A stretch of 64,000 nt of DNA from Planctomycetota bacterium. GTDB taxonomy: Bacteria; Planctomycetota; PLA2; JAEUHO01. The translations under genes were made by a program, and so were the position numbers. Numbering within the stretch: position 1 is the stretch's first letter; each line of letters opens with the position of its first letter. Positions 57,011 to 64,000 of this stretch are shown one piece after another. The stretch lies in NCBI GenBank assembly GCA_046350655.1, contig JAXMAB010000005.1, positions 11,696 to 75,695 on the forward strand, read 5' to 3'. The notes under the pieces were generated by a model. It was given only the letters and a program-made list of their open reading frames with translations. It made no database searches and was not told the DNA's origin.

Positions 57011-57657
57011 GCGGTCGCGTCCGGCTCTACTCGGTCTACGAGCGGCTGTGGCACTGGGCCCAGGCCGGCACCGTGCTCCTCCTCCTGGCCACGGGCCTCG
57101 AGCTGCGCGGGACGTTCGCGCTCCTCGGCTTCGCGGCGGCCGTCCGCGTGCACGAGGTCGCCGGCTTCGTGCTGCTCGGCAACGCGGCGCTCGGGCTGTT
57201 CTACTTCCTGACGAGCGGCGCGATCCGCCAGTACGTCGGCGCGCCGCGCGACTTCGCGACGCTCGCCGTGCGGCAGGCCCGCTACTACCTCCGCGGGATC
57301 TTCCGCGGCGAGCCGCACCCCGTCGCCCGCACGAAGGAGGCGCGGCTCAACCCGCTCCAGCAGGTCGTGTACGTCGGCATCCTGAACGTGCTCCTGCCGT
57401 GGCAGCTGCTCACCGGCCTCGCGATGTGGGGCCTCGACCGCTGGCCCGCGCTCGAGGCGGCCGTCGGCGGGCTCGTCACGCTCGCCCCGCTCCACGCACT
57501 GGGCGCGTGGCTCTTCGCGACGTTCGTCGTCGCGCACGTCTACCTGACGACCACGGCGGGCCCGCGACCGGTGTCGGGCCTCGTCGCGATGGTGACCGGC
57601 TGGGAGGAGGAGGCGCCCCGCGCGGCGGCGCCCGCCCCGAAGGAGGTGGTGTCGTGA
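57007..57657 (+). CDS. Membrane b-type cytochrome (Ni/Fe-hydrogenase / formate dehydrogenase gamma / PhsC-like), 216 aa; ATGA overlap
   Basis: RVRLYSVYERLWHWAQAGTVLLLLATG (conserved ERxxHW start), 4 TM helices with His ligand candidates (VRVHEVAG, LHALGAWLFATFVVAHVY). Confidence 0.8.
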   Translation: MSGRVRLYSVYERLWHWAQAGTVLLLLATGLELRGTFALLGFAAAVRVHEVAGFVLLGNAALGLFYFLTSGAIRQYVGAPRDFATLAVRQARYYLRGIFRGEPHPVARTKEARLNPLQQVVYVGILNVLLPWQLLTGLAMWGLDRWPALEAAVGGLVTLAPLHALGAWLFATFVVAHVYLTTTAGPRPVSGLVAMVTGWEEEAPRAAAPAPKEVVS

Positions 57658-58175
57658 AGCGCCCCGGCCCCGGCCGCTACTGGAACCCCTACGTCGGCGG
57701 CGCCGTGCTCGGCACCGTCCTGTTCGTCTCCTTCCTGCTGACGGGCCACGGCCTCGGCGCCTCCGGCGGCGTCGCCCGCGTCGTCGTCGCCGCGCAGAAG
57801 GTCGTCGCCCCCGACCACGTCGACCGCACCGCGCTGCTGGCCGAGCTCGGCGGCGGCACGCGCGACCCGCTCGACGCGTGGGTCGTGGTCGGCATCCTCG
57901 GCGTCGCGCTCGGCGGGGCCGCCTCCGGCCTCCTCGCGGGGCGCTGGCGCCTCGAGACGTTCCGCGGTCCCCGCGTCGCGGTGCGCACGCGCTGGCTCCT
58001 CGCCCTCGCCGGCGGGACGGTCATGGGCTTCGCCGCGCGCCTCGCCCGCGGCTGCACGTCGGGCCAGGCCCTGACCGGCGGCGCGACGCTCGCCGTCGGC
58101 TCGTGGGTCTTCATGTTCGCGGTGTTCGCGGGCGGCTACCTCGTCGCGTGGCCGCTGCGCCGGCTCTGGAAGTGA
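57654..58175 (+). CDS. YeeE/YedE-family sulfur-compound transporter, N-terminal half-protein (173 aa); GTG start overlapping the upstream stop (GTGA)
   Basis: GxxxGxxGxC motif FAARLARGCTSGQALTGGA; 4 TM helices. Confidence 0.75.
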   Translation: MKRPGPGRYWNPYVGGAVLGTVLFVSFLLTGHGLGASGGVARVVVAAQKVVAPDHVDRTALLAELGGGTRDPLDAWVVVGILGVALGGAASGLLAGRWRLETFRGPRVAVRTRWLLALAGGTVMGFAARLARGCTSGQALTGGATLAVGSWVFMFAVFAGGYLVAWPLRRLWK

Positions 58176-58182
58176 GGCCGCC

Positions 58183-59505
58183 ATGCCCCTCGCCCTCGTG
58201 CCCCTCGCCCTCGCCCCCCTCCACCTCGACGGCGCCCTCGTCCCGCTGCTGCTCGGCGCCGCGTTCGGCGCGACGCTCGAGCGCTCCGGCTTCGGCGACG
58301 CCCGTCGCCTCGCCGCCCAGTTCACGCTGACCGAGATGCGCGTCCTCAAGGTGATGTTCACCGCGATCGTGACGTGCCTCCTGTGGATCACGCTCGCGAC
58401 GACGGCCGGCTGGATGGACTTCGGCGCGCTCGCGGTGAACCCCACGTACCTCGGGACCGCCGTCGTCGGCGGCCTCCTGCTCGGCATGGGCTTCGTCGTG
58501 GGCGGGTACTGCCCCGGCACCTCCATCGTCTCGGCGGCGACGGGGAAGGTGGACGGGATGTTCTTCCTCGGCGGCGTCGGCGCCGGCGTCTTCCTGTTCG
58601 GCGAGGCGGGCGGCGCGTTCCGCACCTTCTACGACACGGCCGGCGCGCTCGGCCGCGTGACGCTCCCCGACGTGCTCGGGCTCCCGTTCGGCGTCGTGGT
58701 CGCCCTCGTCGTGCTGATGGCGGCGGGGATGTTCGCGGGCGCCGAGGCGATCGAGCGGCGCTTCGGACCCGGCCCCGCGCCCGCCGACGCGAGGCCCGGC
58801 GGCCCGCGCCCCGCGCGCTCCGGCGGCCTCGCGCGCGCCGGCGCCCTGGCCGCGCTGGTCGCGGTCCTCGTCGCGTTCGCGTCGCCCGCCGCCGGCGGCG
58901 GCGCGGTCGCCGCGCGTGTCGGGCTCCTGCGCCCCGCGCACGACGCCACGCTCGCGTCGCGGTCCGTCCACGCCGACCCCGTCGAGGTGGCGGGCCTCCT
59001 CCACCGCGAGCTCGGCGGCAAGCCCGCGCGGTTCGACCTCGTGCTCCTCGACGTGCGCGACCCGTCGTCGTGGAACCGCTTCCACCTCGAGGACGCGCGC
59101 TCGACGACCCTCGACCGCCTCCGCGGCGACGAAGGGCGCGCGTGGGCCGACCCGCGCCACGCGACGTCGATCAAGGTCGTGCTGGGCGACGACGAGGCGC
59201 GGGCCGAGGAGGCCTGGCGCCTCCTCGCGGCGCACGGCGCGAAGCACGTCTACGTCCTCGCGGGCGGCGTGAACCTCTGGCTCGACGTCTTCCGCGACGG
59301 GAGGATGGACGCCGCGCCGGCCCGCGGCGCCGCCGCGACGGACACGCTGCGGCACGCCTTCCCCGCGTCGCTCGGGGCCCGGTGGCCGTTCGCGCGGCCC
59401 GACGAGGCGACGTACCGGCGGATCCTCGCGACGAAGGCCCGGGCGTTCGCGCCGCGCGTGAAGCCCGTCACGAAGTCCGTCGCGGCCTCCGGCGGCTGCG
59501 GCTGA
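58183..59505 (+). CDS. YeeE/YedE C-terminal half fused to a rhodanese-like domain (440 aa); the rhodanese lacks the catalytic Cys; the protein ends -SGGCG
   Basis: GFVVGGYCPGTS YeeE motif; rhodanese fold DLVLLDVRDPSSWNRFHLEDA ... KHVYVLAGGVNLW (Leu-Ala where the Cys loop is expected); C-terminal ...KSVAASGGCG*. Confidence 0.75.
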   Translation: MPLALVPLALAPLHLDGALVPLLLGAAFGATLERSGFGDARRLAAQFTLTEMRVLKVMFTAIVTCLLWITLATTAGWMDFGALAVNPTYLGTAVVGGLLLGMGFVVGGYCPGTSIVSAATGKVDGMFFLGGVGAGVFLFGEAGGAFRTFYDTAGALGRVTLPDVLGLPFGVVVALVVLMAAGMFAGAEAIERRFGPGPAPADARPGGPRPARSGGLARAGALAALVAVLVAFASPAAGGGAVAARVGLLRPAHDATLASRSVHADPVEVAGLLHRELGGKPARFDLVLLDVRDPSSWNRFHLEDARSTTLDRLRGDEGRAWADPRHATSIKVVLGDDEARAEEAWRLLAAHGAKHVYVLAGGVNLWLDVFRDGRMDAAPARGAAATDTLRHAFPASLGARWPFARPDEATYRRILATKARAFAPRVKPVTKSVAASGGCG

Positions 59506-59526
59506 CCGCGGGCCGGGCCCGGCCGG

Positions 59527-61104
59527 TCACTCCTTGCCGGCGGTCACGAACGGCCGGTCGTCGGTGCGGAACGGCGACGCGGGCAGCCCCGTGGGCCCGA
59601 CGAGCGTCGCGGCCTCCGGGGCGTCGGCCCACGCGTACCGCACCGCCACGGGGTGCGGCACCTTCGGCGAGCTCACGACCACCGTGTCCCCCTCGATCCG
59701 CGCGCGCGCCGGCACGAACTCGCCCTTGGCGCTCGCGACGGCGAACCCCTCCGGGTCGCGCCCGTCCGACGTGGCCAGCCCGGCGCCCGCCCGGTCGAAC
59801 TCGAGGACGACCCGCCCCTTGTCGACGCGGTGCGCCCGGAGCGTGGGGCCCGACGGCTCGACGTCGGCCTGCCCGTAGTCGTCGTGCCGCGCGATCAGCG
59901 CGAGCCGGCGGCCGAGCTCCTGCTTGTTCTTCGGGTGGATGTCCGCGTCCTCGCCGATGTCGATCGCGACGGCGAGGCCGACGTGGGGCAGCGTGGCCGC
60001 CGTGAGCCGCTGCGCCTCGCGCAGCTCCGCCCACGGGCTCGCGAGCCCCGACGGCGCGGGCCGGCCGAAGTTCGCGAGCTGCACCACGTGGAACGGCAGG
60101 TCGTCGCGGCCGAACGCGCGCCGCCACGCCTTCACGAGCGTCGGCAGGAGCACGCGGTACTGCGCCGCGCGGGGCGCGTTGCTCTCGCCCTGGTACCAGA
60201 CGACGCCGCGGACCGAGAGCGGCACCAGCGGCGCCACCATCCCGTTCCACAGGGAGCCCGGGAACCCGAGGCCCGCCCGCGGGTCGTCCGGCTCGAGCGG
60301 CTCCGGCGGCGGCGTGCGCCCGGCGCGGCGGTCGCTGTCGGCCTCCTGGCGCCACTTCCGCCACGCCTTCTCGAACTTGGCCTGCGCCGCCGCGCGGTCG
60401 TAGCCCGCGAGCGGCTTCGTGACGCGCGCCCACATCCCGAGGAGCGCGGGCTCGCCCTCGACCGCGTCCGCGGGCGTCCAGGCCTCCGCGAGCGTGCCCC
60501 CCACCGACGACACCACGAGCCCGACGGGGACGCGCAGCGACGCGTGGAGGTCGCGCCCGAAGAACCACGCGGTCGCCGAGAAGCCGCCCACGGTGTCGGG
60601 GCGCGCGACGACCCACGAGCCCGCGGCCTCGCGCGCGGGCGCGGCGGCGGCACGGTACGTCGTGGTGAACATCCGCACCGACGGCAGGTCGGCGGCCTTG
60701 CGCTCGGCCTCCGCGTCGCGCACGCCCGCGACGGTCATCTGCATGTTCGACTGGCCCGAGCACAACCACACCTCGCCGACGAGCACGTCCGCGGCGACGG
60801 CGCGCGTCCGCCCGACGGCGACCAGCTCGAACGGCCCGCCCGCCGGCACGGCGTCGAGGGTGACCTGCCAGCGTCCGCCCGCGGCCGTCACGGCCTTCGC
60901 CGTGCGGTCCGCGAACGTCACGACGACCTCCTCGCCCGCGGACGCGGTGCCCCACACGACGAGCGGCCGGTCGCGCTGGAGCACCGCGTGGTCGGTGAAG
61001 ACCGGCGCGAGCGCGACGTCGGCGCGCGCCGGCGCGGCGAGGGCGGCCGCGACGGGCGCGGCGAGGGCGACGACCGCGAGCACGGGAGCGAGGGCGCGCA
61101 GCAT
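59527..61104 (-). CDS. Sialate O-acetylesterase-family (SASA/DUF303, SGNH-like) carbohydrate esterase, 525 aa
   Basis: Signal peptide; GEVWLCSGQSNMQM catalytic-Ser block; VVWYQGESN second block; two-domain layout. Confidence 0.8.
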   Translation of the reverse strand: MLRALAPVLAVVALAAPVAAALAAPARADVALAPVFTDHAVLQRDRPLVVWGTASAGEEVVVTFADRTAKAVTAAGGRWQVTLDAVPAGGPFELVAVGRTRAVAADVLVGEVWLCSGQSNMQMTVAGVRDAEAERKAADLPSVRMFTTTYRAAAAPAREAAGSWVVARPDTVGGFSATAWFFGRDLHASLRVPVGLVVSSVGGTLAEAWTPADAVEGEPALLGMWARVTKPLAGYDRAAAQAKFEKAWRKWRQEADSDRRAGRTPPPEPLEPDDPRAGLGFPGSLWNGMVAPLVPLSVRGVVWYQGESNAPRAAQYRVLLPTLVKAWRRAFGRDDLPFHVVQLANFGRPAPSGLASPWAELREAQRLTAATLPHVGLAVAIDIGEDADIHPKNKQELGRRLALIARHDDYGQADVEPSGPTLRAHRVDKGRVVLEFDRAGAGLATSDGRDPEGFAVASAKGEFVPARARIEGDTVVVSSPKVPHPVAVRYAWADAPEAATLVGPTGLPASPFRTDDRPFVTAGKE

Positions 61105-61194
61105 GCGCCGAGCGTACCCGGGCGGGCCCGCGTTCCGCCGCCGGACCGGCCACCGGGCTCGGACCGCCTCCGTCCCCCGCGGTAGGGTGACGCC

Positions 61195-62076
61195 ATGGAC
61201 CGCCCCGCCCCCGCCCCCGACGCCGCCGCGGCCCCGGACGCCGACGTCGCCTCGGCCGCCGACGCGCTCGTCCGCGTGCTCGGCGGGGGCCGGCGCGTCG
61301 TGGCGCTGACGGGCGCCGGCGTCAGCACCGCGTCCGGCATCCCCGACTACCGCGACGAGACCGGCGCGTGGAAGCGCCGTCCGCCGGTCGTGCTCGCGGA
61401 CTTCCTCGCCCACGAGGCCACCCGCCGCCGGTACTGGGCCCGCAGCCTCGTCGGCTGGCCGGCGTTCCACGCCGCGACGCCGAACGCCGCGCACGCGGCC
61501 CTCGCGCGCCTCGAGGCCGCGGGCGTCGTCGCGGACGTCGTGACGCAGAACGTCGACGGGTTGCACCAGCGCGCCGGGAGCGCGCGGGTCGTCGACCTCC
61601 ACGGACGCCTCGACACGGTGGTCTGCCTCGTCTGCGGCGCTCGCGCGTCGCGGGCGTCGGTCCAGGCGCGGCTCGAGGCGGCGTTTCCCCACCTCGCGGC
61701 ACGCGAGGCCCGGCGCGCGCCCGACGGCGACGCCGACCTCGAGGGCGACGCGCTCGCCGCGTTCGCGCCGCCCGAGTGCGCGTCGTGCCGCGGGACGCTG
61801 AAGCCCGACGTCGTGTTCTTTGGCGAGTCCGTGCCCGCGGCGCGCGTCGCCGACGCGTACGCGCGCGTCGCGGCCGCCGACGCGCTGCTCGTCGTCGGCA
61901 CGTCGTTGAAGGTCTTCTCCGGCTTCCGCTTCGTGCGGGCGGCGGCGGAGCGGGGCACGCCCGTCGCGATCCTGAACCGCGGCGTGACCCGCGGCGACGC
62001 GCTGGCGGCGGTGAAGGCGGACGGGCCCTGCGGTCCCGTGCTGGACGCCCTCGCCCGGCGGCTCGCCCCCGCCTGA
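61195..62076 (+). CDS. cobB: NAD-dependent protein deacylase, Sir2/CobB family (293 aa)
   Basis: GAGVSTASGIPDYR, TQNVDGLHQRAG, HG, Zn ribbon CLVCG...CASCRG, VVFFGE. Confidence 0.85.
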   Translation: MDRPAPAPDAAAAPDADVASAADALVRVLGGGRRVVALTGAGVSTASGIPDYRDETGAWKRRPPVVLADFLAHEATRRRYWARSLVGWPAFHAATPNAAHAALARLEAAGVVADVVTQNVDGLHQRAGSARVVDLHGRLDTVVCLVCGARASRASVQARLEAAFPHLAAREARRAPDGDADLEGDALAAFAPPECASCRGTLKPDVVFFGESVPAARVADAYARVAAADALLVVGTSLKVFSGFRFVRAAAERGTPVAILNRGVTRGDALAAVKADGPCGPVLDALARRLAPA

Positions 62077-62102
62077 CCGGCCGCGGCGCCCGCGCCGCGG
62101 GG

Positions 62103-63452
62103 TCAGCGCGCGGCGCGGGGGCGCGTCGCCGGGACGGTCGCCGCGGCGAGGTGCGCGCGGAACCAGTCGCGGGCCGCGACGGCCACCGAGGCGAGCGCGC
62201 CGCGCTCCTCGAAGAGGTGCGTCGCGCCCGGCACGACCACGAGGCGGTGCTCGACGGAGAGGTGCGGGAGCACCTCGCGGTGCAGCGCGAGCACGTCCGG
62301 GTCGTCGCCCCCGACGACCAGGAGCAGCGGCGCGGCGACGCGCGCGAGCGTCGTCGGCGCCACGAGATCGGGGCGGCCGCCGCGGGAGACGACGGCCGCG
62401 ACCTCGTCCGGGAGCGCCGCGGCGGCGACGAGGGCCGCCGCCGCGCCGGTGCTGGCGCCGAACAGGCCCACGGGCAGGCCGCGGACCTCCGCGAGGTCGT
62501 CGAGCGACGCGATCGTGTCGGCGACGCGGCGCGCGAGCAGCCCGACGTCGAAGCGCAGGCGGCCGGTGGACTCGTCCTCCGCGGCCTCGCGCTCGGAGAG
62601 GAGGTCGAGCAGCAGCGTCGCGAACCCGGCCTCCTCGAGGACGCGGGCCACCTCGCGGTTGCGCGGGCTCCGCCGACCGCTCCCGCTCCCGTGCGCGAAG
62701 ACCACGACGCCGGTCGCGCCGCGGGGCACGACGAGGTCGCCGGCGAGCACCGCGTCGCGGGTGCGCACGGCGACGGAGCGGTGGGTCGTCGGCGGCACGG
62801 GCCCGGGCCGCGCCTCCCGCCGGCGCGCCGCGGCCAGCAGGGCCGCGACCTCGTCGTCGCCCACCGGGGCGAAGTCCTCGTAGGCCGCGCCGACCGCGCG
62901 GAGGTCCGCGGGCTGCTCGAGGACGACGACCTCGTCGGCCACGCGCCGCATCGCGGCCACGACGTCCGGGCTGCCGACGGGCGCGGCGAGGACGAGGCGC
63001 GCGGCCCCGCGGCCGCGCAGCCACGCGAGCGCCGCGCGCGCCGTGGCGCCCGTCGCGAGGCCGTCGTCCACGACGACGACGACGCGCCCGGCGACGTCGA
63101 GGGGGCCCCGCCCCTCGCGATAGGCCGCCTCGCGCCGCGCGAGCTCCGCCCGCTCGCGGGCGACGGCCTCCTCGAGCGCGGCCGGCGCCGGCGCGACCGC
63201 GCGCACGACGTCGTCGTTCCACACGACGACGCCGGCCGGCCCGAGCGCGCCGAGGGCGAGCTCCGGCTGGCGCGGCGCGCCGACCTTGCGGACGACGAGC
63301 ACGTCGAGCGGCGCGCGCAGCGCGACGGCGACCTCGTCGGCGACGGGCACGCCGCCCCGCGGCAGCGCGAGCACGATCGGCGGGACGGGGAAACGTCCGA
63401 CGAGCGCCGCACCGAGCCGTCGCCCCGCATCCTGACGGTCCGTGAACCACAT
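62103..63452 (-). CDS. Phosphoribosyltransferase-domain / dienelactone-hydrolase-like (alpha/beta hydrolase) fusion protein, 449 aa
   Basis: GGAGGCG RBS; N-terminal PRT fold (VVVVDDGLATGAT), C-terminal VVFAHGSGSG ... LFGASTGAAAAL nucleophile elbow GxSxG ... GGDDP ... H. Confidence 0.75.
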   Translation of the reverse strand: MWFTDRQDAGRRLGAALVGRFPVPPIVLALPRGGVPVADEVAVALRAPLDVLVVRKVGAPRQPELALGALGPAGVVVWNDDVVRAVAPAPAALEEAVARERAELARREAAYREGRGPLDVAGRVVVVVDDGLATGATARAALAWLRGRGAARLVLAAPVGSPDVVAAMRRVADEVVVLEQPADLRAVGAAYEDFAPVGDDEVAALLAAARRREARPGPVPPTTHRSVAVRTRDAVLAGDLVVPRGATGVVVFAHGSGSGRRSPRNREVARVLEEAGFATLLLDLLSEREAAEDESTGRLRFDVGLLARRVADTIASLDDLAEVRGLPVGLFGASTGAAAALVAAAALPDEVAAVVSRGGRPDLVAPTTLARVAAPLLLVVGGDDPDVLALHREVLPHLSVEHRLVVVPGATHLFEERGALASVAVAARDWFRAHLAAATVPATRPRAAR

Positions 63453-64000
63453 GGTCGCCTCCGCCGACCGCGCCCGCGGTCGCGACGGCCCGGCCGTCCG
63501 GGCCGCGCCCGTCCCCATGCGACCGGCGTACCGTCCGCGCAACCGACGCAACCCATTGCCGGAAAGAGCTTTACATCTGCAACGATCCCGCCGTGCCGCC
63601 CCGGGCGGGTCCCTGACCCCAGGGGGTGCGCGGGGCTCCCCGATCGCCCACTCCCCCCGGGTCCGCGGGATTCCTGTTGTGTCCCCCGCGGCCCGTGGTG
63701 GACTCTCACGCGTCGGAGGGTCCCTGCGGTCCCGACGACGAAACGAGTGGAAGCCCGTTCGACGGTCGCGTCTCCCCCGAGATCGCGCACCCCGCCCGGC
63801 CGAGCCCGTTCCTCCTTGGTCGCAGGTCTTCGCAGGCTCGACGGGTCGCGCGAGGGAAGTCCCCAGGAAAGTGCACGGCGCGTCGGTCCCGCAATGGCTC
63901 GTCGCTCCCGGAGTCTGGCTCGAACGGATGGTCGGTTGCTCCTCGTTTCCGCGGTCTCCCGCGCGCCCCTCGGCGCCGGCTCGCCGCTCCGTCTCCCGCG

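Noticed and set aside
63850-63900. gagggaagtccccaggaaagtgcacgg, superficially like the RNase P RNA P4 element GAGGAAAGTCCGGGC
   Set aside because: The flanks do not continue into the conserved GGGCA-GGGTG / GGTAAGGGTGAAA blocks on either strand. It is treated as the upstream noncoding region of the PRT-hydrolase gene.

Overview
This is a 64 kb window of very high-GC (about 70%+) bacterial chromosome. Nearly every long six-frame ORF is duplicated by Arg/Ala/Pro-rich ghost ORFs in other frames, so genes were called on domain-like protein composition, signal peptides, RBS and start context, and translational coupling. I support about 50 protein genes. There are no rRNA, tRNA, CRISPR or mobile-element genes. 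Annotatable content: a nitric-oxide module (sigma-54 activator NorR divergent from a hemerythrin-like ScdA/DnrN gene coupled to quinol-type NO reductase), two further hemerythrin/DinB-type genes, DNA-alkylation repair genes (AlkD-like, and an Ada-AraC-MGMT tri-domain gene carrying a frameshift), two tandem DUF1254/DUF1214 secreted paralogs next to an arylsulfatase with a non-canonical Cys motif, an RND efflux pair (MFP+RND) followed by a dihaem CxxCH protein and a sulfatase-like gene, a ferredoxin-adenylyl-cyclase fusion, an RRM glycine-rich RNA-binding protein followed by three tandem GC hairpins, a DUF1549/DUF1553-DUF1501-large secreted protein triad, and housekeeping-type enzymes (ATP-grasp, CoA-transferase, sirtuin, SASA esterase, PRTase-hydrolase fusion). 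The strongest candidate for an undescribed system is a five-gene, start/stop-overlapped operon at 53.4-59.5 kb: octaheme c cytochrome, heptaheme membrane-anchored c cytochrome, b-type cytochrome, and a split YeeE/YedE sulfur-compound channel whose second half is fused to a Cys-less rhodanese domain ending in -GGCG. It is preceded by a conspicuous AT-rich near-palindromic island and by an orphan receiver/TPR gene set. Three genes show coding lesions: an in-frame TAA in a DUF1579 gene, a frameshift in Ada within a GC run, and an SDR-DUF2867 gene with no stop before the next gene. Either the locus is decaying or the assembly has indel errors. Taxon guess, weakly held: Myxococcota-, Gemmatimonadota- or Planctomycetota-like. 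Functional calls for domains are from memory of family signatures, not from searches.
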